This document shows positions 12,106 through 23,458 of a stretch of DNA of 64,000 nucleotides, piece after piece; position 1 is the first letter of the stretch, and the number at the start of each line of letters is the position of its first letter. Position numbers and translations under genes: made by a program. The notes beneath the pieces were generated by a model, which saw only the letters and a program-made list of their open reading frames with translations, did no database searches and was not told the origin of the DNA. The DNA lies in assembly GCA_030390025.1 (NCBI GenBank), contig CM059431.1:132062001-132126000 (forward strand), read 5' to 3'. The stretch is from Squalus acanthias. Its lineage: Eukaryota.

Positions 12106-13085
12106 GTATTGAACAGTATGTCAGTGGTAGTAAGCATGCTTATAAATGTTTGCTTCTGTTCACTTCTTAAAGTATCCATTTAAATTTTGTAATGGTATTT
12201 TATTTATTAATGAACTGTTAAAATGAACAGCCTGTGCACGCAGAGGCCACGCAAATTCAATTTGGATGAATGAGTTATATCTACAATTGACCGAAAGACC
12301 TGTTTGAATACCATGCTTTTTTTTAATGAAATTGTTCTACTTTCTGCTGAAGGCAGATACTAGATAAATATGATAGGAAGTTGATCAGATGGTTAGTTAC
12401 TAGAAGGTGGTTTGCATCCATGGTGAGCTCTCCACCACAACCATGCCATTATGGATATGATCAGTATCAGAAAGCTGAATTAATATCAGCAAAAAAAGAG
12501 TCACAAACTTCGGATTCTTCAGTCATTGTGCAGTTTCAATCTGGTATGTTAAGCCTGTGTTTTCATACTGTTGGGCATAATGGGGGAAAAATTCGGTTGA
12601 TTAGCGACTCCCGTTTGCGCCCTAAGAGGACGCTAACAGGGCGCAAAGCAACTAGTGCCCAGGCGCGGCGATGTTTGCGCCGCTCGCGAAATTGAACAGA
12701 CATTTTGCGGCGGCACTAAACACTACCGCCACGATCTCCTACGCCTGCAGATCGTGACGTCAGTCGAGCGTGCAACGCCCCGGTAGCGCCCCGGAGCGAA
12801 TATTGAGTGGCGCCCCCTGCCTTTCCACCTGCCGCTAGCAACGGCTGGTAGAGGGGAACGTTTTGCCGTCGTGAAGGGGCTGTGGGAGCGCTATTTAAAA
12901 GCGGCCTCTTCCTGCCTTTTTTTGTCGGAGACATTTTTGCACCATGCATTCTGAGAGAGAGATTCTGAGAAAGAGAGACAGACATCTGGAGAGATTCAAC
13001 ACTGTGTGAAGGAGTTTCGGGTACTGAGCAGCGCTTTGCAGGTTCTTTTTGATTTGACCTTCCTTGCATCGATTTAGAAGAGACT

Positions 13086-14115
13086 ATGGGGGCTGAACTG
13101 ATTCGGGGCGTCGTCCTGCACCTGCAGAATCAGAGGCATCAGAGACGCAGAGAGAGAGTAGCAAACATGGCCAGAGGGAGGAGGGCCAACAGGCCTCTGC
13201 ACAGGAGACCTTACCCTCCCAGGGTAATCCGGGAGCAATTCTCCTACATTCATTTGTCTGAGAAGCAGTGTTTGTGCAGGATGCGCTTCAGCAAGAAGGT
13301 GGTCACTGAGCTCTGCCACCTGCTGCAACCAGATCTGCAGCCTCAACTGAGGACCAGGACGTCTCTGTCGGTGGCAGTGAAGGTCACAGTGGCTCTGAAT
13401 TTTTATGCCAGCGGCTCCTTTCAAGCATCTACTGGGGACATTGCCAATATCTCCCAGTTCGCTGTCCATTGCTGTATCCGGGAGGTGACAAATGCCCTCT
13501 ATAAAAGGAGACGCCAGTACATCTCTTTCCCCATGACCCGGGCCAAACAGCATGAACGCGCATGTGGCTTTGCTAGGATAGCGGGCTTCCCCATGGTGCA
13601 GGGCGCCATTGATTGCACGCAAGTGGCATTGCGGGCACCGCATGAGAATGCAGAGGTTTTCCAAAACCGCAAGGGCTACCACTCCTTAAATGTCCAGTTT
13701 GTCTGTGACCACAGACAGCTGATACTCACCGTCAATGCCCGCTATCCTGGCAGCAGCCACGATGCTTTCATCCTGCGCCAGATTGGTGTGCCAGAACTTT
13801 TCCAGGCACCGCATCACCCAAGTGGTTGGCTCCTCGGGGACAAGGGTTATCCACTCTGCACCTGGCTGATGACACCGCTCTGCAACCCCAACACCCCTGC
13901 CGAGCTGCGGTATAATGAGAGTCATATCGCCACCAGGAACATAATTGAGCAGACGATCGGCGTGCTCAAGCAACGGTTCCGCTGTCTGGACCACTCAGGA
14001 GGAGCCCTGCAGTACTTGCCTGAGCGAGTCTCCCGCTTCATAGTTGTGTGCTGCATGCTTCACAACCTTGTAATCCTCAGGACCCAGCCAATGCACCAGG
14101 CATTGGTGCACCACC

Positions 14116-14160
<45 letters not shown>

Positions 14161-14251
14161 TGATCAGCAGCAGCACGAAGGTGGGAGGGAGGTCCACAAT
14201 GTTGCCACTGCAAGGGCCGTCCGTCAACGACTGATAACAAGCCGCTTCTAG
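13086..14251 (+). pseudogene. Harbinger (HARBI1-like) DDE transposase, nearly intact; 1-nt frameshift near 14093 before the acidic tail
   Basis: Motifs GAIDCTQV, NRKGYHSLNVQ, YPGSSHD, WLLGDKGY, IIEQTIGVLKQRFRCL and CCMLHN. The poly-Glu tail ending RQRLITSRF* is in the shifted frame 14048-14251. Confidence 0.93.
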
Positions 14252-14697
14252 GCCCCTGCTCAGAAGATGGCTTCTGGCATGGAGAACAACATCATGGAAA
14301 GCAACCTGCACCCCCTATAGCCGGCCAAAGCTGCAATGATTCCAAAGGCCAAACATATAAATTTTGAATACAACAACTTTTTTATTTAACAAACTCTGTG
14401 TGTGTCATTTATTCAGGGCAAACAAATAGAAACAAACACAACAAATCATGAATTTACAGAACTGGTTCTCACAAGCTGGAGACAAACAACAAAACAGTAA
14501 ACAAATGTTATCAGACGAACCTCGACCTTTACTACAAACATTCCCACCATTTATTTAGACCTCCTACTTTTTGCCCTTCGAGGGTGATCTCCATCCCCGC
14601 GCACTTCCCCCCCTTCCCACCCTATTGCTCCTCTGTAATGGGGCCCCAGTGGCTGCAACAAGGCTGGTGGAAGGCTGCTGAATGTCAGATGCTGAGA

Positions 14698-16311
14698 CTA
14701 CAGATGCCCTTGAAGGACGCCCTCGACCAGCTCTGGGCCTGGAGGCCCCGGCTGCAGACTGCACCAACTCTGTGTTGCAGGCGGTGGCACGTGCAATGGG
14801 GAAGTGACAGTAGTGGGAGCAGGAATGCTGTCAGCCTGAGAGAGGACAGCACCTTCCTGCTCGACCGACACACTGGCACTCCCACGGGGCAGCACCTCAG
14901 CATCCGGAGCAATCTGCTGGAGCACAGATTGCTGGCCTGCTGCGGCACCGTGAGAGCCCCGGGGCAATGTGGCTGAACCAGCGAGGATGGCAGCAGTCAC
15001 TGCTTGCGTTGCCTCAATCGAAGACTGCTTGAGAGCAGTCTGAGATTGGATCACAGCAGCCAGTGACTGAATTGCAGCACTAAGCCATTGCGTTGCGTCG
15101 GGTGTGCTACAGCGGAGTGCTCCACAGTCCTTGCCAGTCCATCAATGCATTCGGGCACCCTTCCCATTGCACCCATGAGCTGAGTGTGCATCTTCAATGC
15201 CTGGGTATTCATTTCCACGATGAGCCGCTCCTCCTCTGCGTCCAGTGCAGCAGGACTCGCTAGCCTACTCTCCCTCCGAGGAGAAGGTCCCCGAGCTTCC
15301 CTAGCCACATCGCGTTGCTACAGCCCGCTGGGTCCCAGAGCTTCGTCCTCATCAGACCCTTCCCCCCCCTGCTCCCCTCCAGGGAAGGTGTAGTCCCAGT
15401 TTGGTCATGGGCTCCCTCAGGAGACGCAGGCGCTGAGGCTCCGGCTTCCTCTTCCTCCTCACCTGGGCCGTCGCTCCCACTGGCTGGTTGAGGGACAGGC
15501 TGCTCAGCTGGTGGTTCACTATCTGAAAGCAGGGAGGTACAAGAGTGGCTTTAGCATAAGGATAGGGGGGCAGTAAGGGAGTAAAGACTGGAGACATTTA
15601 GTAAGTTGGATTGAAAGTGTAAAAGGCTGGTGTTGTGTGGGACAAGTGGAATGAGAGAGAGAGAAAGCTGATGAACATAGCATTGCTGTCCCCAAAGAGT
15701 TTAACCTCTCCAGCAGCCACGGCACCTATCACCTGGCTGGCAACGATCCTGTGCATGCGCGCCTCCAAATCGCTGAGGGTCTGCAGCTCAGCCGGCCCTC
15801 CACCCGTCTGTTGCTGCTAGCGCCTGTTGTGAAATAGCTTGGCCTGCAAGAAAAAGTACAGCGTCTGAGTAAATGTGCAGCCATGTGCTTGCCTGATGTG
15901 CCTCACATAGTTGAATAGCCCTTAATGTATGCAAGGTGTGGAATGTGCGTGTGTGTTTTATGAGATGGCCATAGGTCTTGGATGAGTTTTGGGCATTTGG
16001 GGTTTTTAAACCCTCTGGGCACAGAGTGAGGTTGAGATGGAGGGATGGAGAGGTATTGAAAAGCAGCCACTCACCCTGACCACCCGAGTGAGGTCGTTGA
16101 ACTTCTTCCGACATTGGGTGTGGGTCCTGGGCACCATGCTCCTGGAGGAGACTTGCTGAGCCACCTCCCTCCACACTCTTCTATAATCGCGTGGCAATGG
16201 CCTCCTGCCACTCTGTGGGTAGAGAACTGACCTTCGGCGCTCCACTGCGCCAACCAGAGCCACCAAGGCCCGGTCGCTGAAGTGCTGAGCTCGTTCCCTG
16301 GGCCTCTCCAT
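14698..16311 (-). pseudogene. Harbinger Myb/SANT-like DNA-binding protein gene, 3 exons (16311-16075, 15843-15681, 15522-~14700), disabled
   Basis: Exon 1 encodes FSDRALVALV...WREVA...RTHTQCRKKFNDL and ends at GTGAGT. Exon 2 follows TTTTCTTGCAG (AKLFHNRR*..TGGGP) with an in-frame TAG at 15817-15819 and a donor mutated to CT. Exon 3 is acidic and frameshifted. Confidence 0.85.
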
Positions 16312-16777
16312 TCTTCTTTGCAGCAGAATTCAAGTTCAGGTCTGTCCAGACCGAGATTCAAAGCTGCAATGAGCAGGGTGTGACTGGAGAGCAAGATCAA
16401 CCCTCCCCTTTAAGAACTGGCCGGCGCCAGTGTGTCTTGTGTTCCATTGCTAACTGACATCACCTGAGCTTCGCCAGCGCTCTGAGGTAGCGCCTCGCTC
16501 CTCGGCGTTAGCGCCTTAAGAGAGGCGCGTAGCGCCTGATTTAGCGCTCCAATCACCTCCAGGGGTGATAGAAGCCAAGTTTGCAGTCAGAGGCGATAAT
16601 TAGCGCCAGCGCTAAACTTTGCGCCCGGCCGATAATTGCGCCCCAAACTGGACGATACCGAATTTCTCCCCCAATAACTTTTCATAACTAACCTCCCCCA
16701 CCCCCAGTGACGCACTCACTCTTTAAACCTGGATATTCAAAAATGTAAACAGAAATAAACAAACGGATGTCAGTTAA

Positions 16778-16888
16778 AGAGAAAAATTGTGAATGCTGGA
16801 AATCTAAAAAACAACAAATTGTGGAAACACAGTAGGTCAGTCAGCATCTGCAAGATTAAGGTAGTAAGGCACCCTTCATCAATACTGA
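16778..16888 (-). repeat. Degenerate Penelope pLTR-type repeat fragment (another at ~17389-17424)
   Basis: GAATGCTGGAAATCTAAAAA...GTCAGTCAGCATCTG resembles the reverse complement of 9470-9557. Confidence 0.55.
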
Positions 16889-19453
16889 TAGACGGACATA
16901 AAGGAGAAGGGACAACAGTTAAAAAATAAGACTGCAGACATGCTTATTACTTTTACAAAGAGGCAGCCAACAGGTCAAAGTCCATTCTAATCCTTTGTAA
17001 CATTTTGATTAATCGAAGGAGCAGTGATAGTGAGACTCCCTCTTTAAACTACTTGTACTGCATATGGATTAATTTATATTGTAATTCAAATATTTAAAGC
17101 CTTGGCAGTCAATGTGAATTGAATTAAGTGAAGCTGTATGAATCTTTAGGACAGAATGATTGTGCTCGTGAGCTTTACAACAGGGTTATCGATGAGAGAG
17201 AACAGACGTAAAGTTCTATCTACAATTCACCGGGAGACCTGTTTGAGGCTCTGGTTATTGAGGCATAATGTGTCAAAATAAAGTTATGATTCAAATACCA
17301 ATCTGTTAGTCACACGTTTTTCTCACTGAGAAAGAAGTAATAAATCAAAGCGTACTTGCTGGAGTTTCTCACACTTCTGTAATTTACAATAGCAAAATAC
17401 TGCGGATGCTGGAAATCTGAAAAAGTAATCCTGTAATTTAGCTCACTCCTCCAACCTCTTGAAGTTCATCGCAAAGGAAACATTCTTTGTTTGAAAATAT
17501 TATTAAGAAATTAACATAGATAAAAGACATGCCCATTTACAAGTTGTCATTAACTTAGAAAATAATGTTGGCCCGACAGGTAGAGTTTAATTTCAAGGTA
17601 TTGATGCTCAAGATTAAAATGTGATTAATTGTTCTGGGTGTGAGTGGCACTGTGGGGCAGGGAAGTTGAAGCATTTACTAGCAGCAAGTGCCATTATTAT
17701 AAATTTCCCCTTTAGTTCTTTACATGGATTCAATCATATACAAAGGTGTATTTTGGAAGATGTTCTGCTTTGAGATCGGTCACTGTACAGTAATACACCC
17801 AAACAAAGGGATTTAATTTCCTTCATATACTATTTTTTGCATACAAATGACTATACTCACATCAAATTCCTGCATGTGCTATTTTTACAAAGTTTAAATA
17901 AATTGACAAACAAATGTACTGAAATAATGCAGACAGGAGTAAAACCTGAATGTGTTAATCAATGCACTATAAATAGCATGTAAAGGAAATTCAAAAATTC
18001 CACATTCACTTTTCAACCTAAATTTCAAACGAAATAAAGGCAAAGAATCAGTCTTTTCTCAATATATATTCTGTTAGCGTAGATGGCCTTAAAAGTAAAA
18101 GATCTAGATGATTATGTATGAAAGGTCACAAATATTCCCTTCAGGTTTCTGTGTAAATGTGTTTTCTGCTGCTTTTACTGATTGCAATGCAGCTTACACC
18201 ATGTATACAGCTCCCAAAAGTGTTATACAGAACTGAATTCATTTCAGTAAAGAAGCACTTTTGGCAAACAGATGCTACAGTGTACTCATAAATGACAAAT
18301 TGCTTATTTCTATTCATCTGAAAATATAAAATAAAATTGCTTTGATTATTACTGGGACTCCCTCAGCTAAAACCAGCTCACGGAATCATTTTTTAAAAAT
18401 TCAGCCAGAAGGTTCAAACTCGTAGCTGTAGACAGAATGATTACTTATTGCCCGTAACTACTTAACTTGGAACTTTATAAATTCTCAGCACCACACTTAA
18501 TAACTGCAATTGAAGAACTAAAAGCTCTTTCCACCATAACTGGGTTCCCAGACACTAAAATTGCTATTTATTAGCAATTTGGAAGAAAATCGCAAGCATA
18601 ATTCAGTTATGTCACCCTTACTGTGGAAATGCTCCATTTGTAACAAAATTTAGATGAAAATCACAATGCTTTTCTCTGTGAATAGAAAGGTCAACTGTTT
18701 TGAGATCATTAGATTAGGGGTGGCTGTGTCTATATCATCAGGGAGGCACTAGCAAAACCTTTCTACAGGTGATTAAATGGGTTGGATAGAGTCCACGGTG
18801 AGTCAGATTGCATTTGTCTATAGAAGGAACAGGTTGGATAAACTGAATGGCTCCTTGCTTCCTTATGTTCTTCACCTGATAAGATCTGACACGGTAGTCA
18901 TTATGCAGTTCCTGTTTCAGAATGTAACGCTACAGTGAGGCATCGATCTGACATGGTGGAGTATCACTACAGCAGTATCAAGCCAGGTTTAAAAATTGGT
19001 CAGTAGGGTATCCACTGGATCTCCCTGGCACTGTATAAACTGAAGCTGAGTTTTTTTTAAAATGTTTTGAGAAAGTGGGTGTTCCTGCCAATTCACAAAA
19101 AAATTCAAATTTACCAGTGGGGAGCAGAGCACGTGTGCAGGTGAGCAGTGATATGCAAAGCTATCTCCTGGCCCCAGGACTGGAATGCCAACCAGACTGT
19201 ACAAATTGAATACTGCTGGACTGCAAATCTATTGCGTTGCTGCTGGTCTCACACTATGCACTGTAGTTCATGATTCAGCTGTTCTGTCACTTCCAGTTTG
19301 CATGTGGAGGGTGGGACTAATAGAATCATGAGTTAGAGATCCATTCATTTAGGAGGTTACTGAGCTTCTGGGGTAATGGAAATATTATGCCATGAAAAGA
19401 ATGGGTCATAGATTAATTTTGTTGGTTATAAGGTTAGGTATGCTGGAATAAGA

Positions 19454-19760
19454 AGAGAAAATGCTGGAAATACTCAGCAGGTCAGGCAGCATCTATGGAG
19501 AGAGAAACAGAGAGTCGATGACCTTTCGTCAGAACTGGTAAAGGTTAGAGATGTAACTGGTTTTAATCAAGTACTTACTTAAAATTTGGTACATCTCTAA
19601 TCTTTTCCAGTTCTGAAGAAAGGTCATTGATCTGAAAAGTTAACTCTGTTTCTCTCTCCAAAGATGCTACCTGACCTGCTGAGTATTTCCAGCAATTTCT
19701 CTTTTACTCTTTTCTCTTTTTTTCAGATTTCCAGCATCCACAGTATTTTGCTTTTGTATA
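19454..19760. repeat. Inverted (head-to-head) pair of Penelope pLTR ends, each with hammerhead remnants
   Basis: 19454-19570 is the reverse complement of ~19580-19700. Core CTGAAGA...GAAA at 19613-19637. Confidence 0.85.
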
Positions 19761-19829
19761 GGTATTCTGGAGCTTTGCTCAATTATTTTTCAGGAGGCAG
19801 AAAGAAACTGTGTAGAATATTTACTTTAT

Positions 19830-20734
19830 GGGCCAGAATTTACTGTAGCAGGGCATCGAACGGCATTTGCCATTAGTGAGGCTTGACCAATCAGATTGAT
19901 GGATAGTGAAATTAAGCACAAGGACTGAGAAGAAAGTGTAAATTAGAATGGGTGAATTCAATGTCAAATCAGGTACAGAAAGAGAATAAAAGTTTGGCAG
20001 TAATTAACACGTCATTAAAAGGGTACTTAGACTGGAATGGACAAGACTTAACGTTAAGTTTGTATCTACCACCCAAAGACAGCAACTTCACGCCATTCAA
20101 TGCATCAATGGTGAGGTAGACAGTGAGATGCTGGTGAGGTAGACAGTGAGATGCTGGTGAGGTAGACAGTGAGATGCTGGTGAGGTAGACAGTGAGATGC
20201 TGGTGAGGTAGACAGTGAGATGCTGGTGAGGTAGACAGTGAGACGCTGGTGAGGTAGACAGTGAGATGCCGGTGAGGTAGACAGTGAGATGCCGGTGAGG
20301 TAGACAGTGAGATGCTGGTGAGGTAGACAGTGAGATGCCGGTGAGGTAGACAGTGAGATGCTGGTGAGGTAGACAGTGAGATGCTGGTGAGGTAGACAGT
20401 GAGATGCCGGTGAGGTAGACAGTGAGATGCTGGTGAGGTAGACAGTGAGATGCTGGTGAGGTAGACAGTGAGATGCTGGTGAGGTAGACAGTGAGATGCC
20501 GGTGAGGTAGACAGTGAGATGCCGGTGAGGTAGACAGTGAGATGCCGGTGAGGTAGACAGTGAGATGCCGTTTTCGCGAAGCTAACAGTGGAGCGGCACA
20601 ACTCAGACAGCAACTTTTGCATATTTGAGTTTAACCACGCATCTGCCCCTCACCTTAAGTTGCTGTACCATTTGTGCATAAATAACGGCGAGTGCCATTA
20701 GCCTCACCGTTATTTTAATTGGGAAATCTGGGCC
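19830..20734. mobile_element. Harbinger-type non-autonomous element containing a minisatellite
   Basis: Imperfect TIRs GGGCCAGAATTT / GGCCCAGATTT, flanks TAT/AAT. 19830-19990 matches the reverse complement of 61790-62082. Confidence 0.7.
20110..20569. repeat. Minisatellite, 23-bp unit GGTGAGGTAGACAGTGAGATGC(T/C) x20
   Basis: Direct tandem copies with no spacers. Confidence 0.97.
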
Positions 20735-20857
20735 AATAAATTACATAAGTTGGGTATAGCTTGTCATTGGGTAACTTTACATGATGTGTGGAAGGAACAT
20801 GTTTGATGAGCTGAATGGCTCTTGTCCATGCTTTCTTATCTTATTATTTAGGGTCCA

Positions 20858-20972
20858 TTTAGTTTCCTACATTACAACAGTGACTACACTTCAAAAAGTA
20901 CTTCATTGGCTGTAAAGCGCTTTGGGACATCCGGTGGTCGTGAAAGGTGCTATATAAATGCAAGTCTTTCAT
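20858..20972 (+). mobile_element. SINE 3' tail (L2-related tail of DeuSINE/SacSINE-like family)
   Basis: TTTCCTACATTACAACAGTGACTACACTTCAAAA...GTAAAGCGCTTTGGGAC...TATATAAATGCAAGTCTTTC. Similar to the reverse complement of ~47750-47870. Confidence 0.75.
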
Positions 20973-22974
20973 GACACAGCCTGGCAATGGATAAATTCCA
21001 TCCAGCATCTATTGAACTTTTGTCTATTGTTAGCACAGCTAGGAATATTGTTTTATTAAATTTAAATAATTGTACAGACAAAGGTTTTCAGACATACCCT
21101 CCAGCTATGTCTGCTGAACTCAACTGACAAGATGAGTAGAAGATGCCCTTGAATATCTTACTCATCTCTGCCAAAGTCAATTTGTGACCAGCCAGCAGGA
21201 ATGCTAAAATGAAACCTTTGCCAGCTTTCCTCCCACCTGATACCTTGCCTCCTCATAATGGAGAGCCTCACAACCCAGAAATGATTAATAGCTCTGCATC
21301 TGGGGGAAGTCCATGTGTGAGTGTCAGCCAAAGCTGCCTTTGAACCTGAGTCTCCTCATTCACATTACCATTATGCCATTAGAATGCTAGACATGCTTCT
21401 TTAAAGTGAGGACTCGTACTAAATGGCTAACGTTGGGTAATGTTCAACCAGTTGCAAGTAATAGGTTCTTGTTATAATTACAGTATTCCAAGGTTTTAAA
21501 TCCTGGACACATAACTTTAATTTTATTTTCAGATTTATGGTGGACTCATTCCCCAAACTTAATGAACTGTTCACGAATGATATCACAGGTTAACGGGATA
21601 TTGGTGCTGGTGGCTAATTAGCCCAGCGCTAAACATACCGTACAATGCCATTTTCATGGTTGTTGTCCCAGCAGGAGGCCCAGTGTTGCATGGCAAGCGA
21701 GGCTGTCATTTCCGAAAGCAGTGCGGTCCCTTAAAGGGGACCTGCCTTCCAAAATGAAAAAAATAAAAATCATGTAAAAATAGCCAGTTTTTAGCCCTTA
21801 GCGCTCAATTGCCTCTGAAAAAAAATTACGTTAAAAAGAATTCCCAAATGATAGTCTTCAGCTCTTAAAGCTGAATTCCCTTCCGCACCTTAAAAAATGG
21901 GAAAAGTGCTTCAGCACTAACACAAACGCAAGCCAGGGAAGGGGCACTCAGGGTCCCACAGGCAGCACTCCAGCTTTGTGCAGGGGGTCAACACTGCAAG
22001 AGAGGTCCTTTACCCACAGGGGCCAGGAGGCCCTCCAGAAAGAAGGATGTGGGACCAGATCACCAAGGCCGTCACTGCAGCAGTCTCATCGCCACGATCT
22101 GGCTCCAGTGCCCAAAGAAGCTTCATGACCTCAGACTAGTGGTCAAGGTCAGTGAATGCATCTTTAAAAGCCGTCTCCTACCAACTGCACCACTGGCCTC
22201 ACACACTACTCAATGCACGACTCCCCCTCCCAATCACTTACCTACCAAAAATCTGTACCAAACATGAGGCACACTTCCCATTCATAGTTTCACCTCCCCC
22301 CCTTGGAGGTGACGGTGCTGGCCATTCTTGCCCAGCGGTGGGGCTGACAGGATAAAAGATGCTGGTATCCTCATACATTATCCTCCTTCTGGCATGCACC
22401 TCTTGCTTTCCCACCCTCCCCTCACCACAACTCCACCCTTGCGCCTTCCTCATTTCACACACCCAAGAAATGCAGCCTGCCCAGCCAGTGGGTGACCAAG
22501 AAGAGGGAAAGGAGAGTGAAGAAGAAGAAGAAGAAGAAACACCATCACTCGATTTCACACTCCCAGCCACCAGCTCCTCAAGGTCGACCAGCAGGGCCAT
22601 TTGTAGTGTCCCCCACTGAAAGTCGGCAGCCTTCCACCAGCCATACTGCAGCCACTGGGGTAGCACTGCATGACATCAGTAAGATAGGCAAAGGCACACA
22701 AAAAACACACAAAAACGAAGGGAATGCATAAGGTTGATTTCTTGATGTCATATTGGATAGATAGATGTTTAAAGTTGGATTGGAAAGTTTGCTTTGTGGT
22801 GGCTTTTATTTCAGCATTGTGGCCAAGTGGACGCTGTGATGGTCAGTAACTGAGGGAAGGTTAATGTGTGGAACAAATCTTGAAAGGGGAATTGAGGTTG
22901 TGGTCACTGGTACCTCAGGCGGATGATTCCATCCCAGATATCCTGGTCAGAAAGGGGCTGTCTGGGTTGCCTCC

Positions 22975-23335
22975 TTCCTTCTGCTTCCTCCTCTTCTGCT
23001 TCCTCCTCTTCTGCTTCTTCCTCTTATACTTTCTCCTCTTCTGCTTCTTCCTCTTATACTTCCTCCTCTTATACTTCCTCCTCTTCTGCTTCTTCCTCTT
23101 ATACTTCCTCCTCTTCTGCTTCCTCCTCTTCTGCTTCTTCCTCTTATACTTTCTCCTCTTCTGCTTCTTCCTCTTATACTTCCTCCTCTTATACTTCCTC
23201 CTCTTCTGCTTCTTCCTCTTATACTTCCTCCACTTCTGCTTCCTCCTCTTCTGCTTCCTCCTCTTCTGCTTCCTCCTCTTCTGCTTCTTCCTCTTCTGCA
23301 TTTTCTTCTTATTCATCTTTCTCTTCCCTCTTCCT
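22975..23335. repeat. Compound 15-bp tandem repeat (CTTCCTCCTCTTCTG / CTTCTTCCTCTTATA)
   Basis: Directly visible, with a higher-order period of about 120 bp. Confidence 0.92.
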
Positions 23336-23336
23336 T

Positions 23337-23458
23337 TGAAATAAAAGCATAAAATGCTGGAAATACTCAGCAGGTCAGGCAGCATCTTGACATGAGACGT
23401 GAACTCTGTTTCTCTCTCTACGGATATTGCCTGACCTGGTGAGTATTTCCAGCATTTT
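23337..23458. repeat. Short palindrome of two Penelope pLTR ends
   Basis: AAAATGCTGGAAATACTCAGCAGGTCAGGCAGCATC ... GATATTGCCTGACCTGGTGAGTATTTCCAGCATTTT. Confidence 0.8.

Larger units (their letters stand above)
12582..16672 (+). mobile_element. Full-length PIF/Harbinger DNA transposon (4091 bp)
   Basis: 16-bp TIR GGGGGA(A/G)AAATTCGGT, 3-bp TSD AAT/AAT, and convergent transposase (+) and Myb/SANT (-) genes. Confidence 0.96.

Noticed and set aside
12264..12310. C/D snoRNA reading of the duplicated 35-mer (AGACCTGTT is complementary to a conserved 18S rRNA stretch)
   Set aside because: Only about 9 nt of complementarity and no canonical C/D boxes or terminal stem. The motif is kept as unexplained.
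13086..14234. Domesticated host gene HARBI1
   Set aside because: It is flanked by TIRs and a TSD, paired with a Myb ORF, frameshifted, and has relatives in the window, so it is a transposon copy.
20110..20569. CRISPR-like array or 217-aa repetitive ORF (19969-20622)
   Set aside because: Units are contiguous with no unique spacers, there are no cas genes and the context is eukaryotic. The ORF is an artefact of a stop-free tandem repeat.
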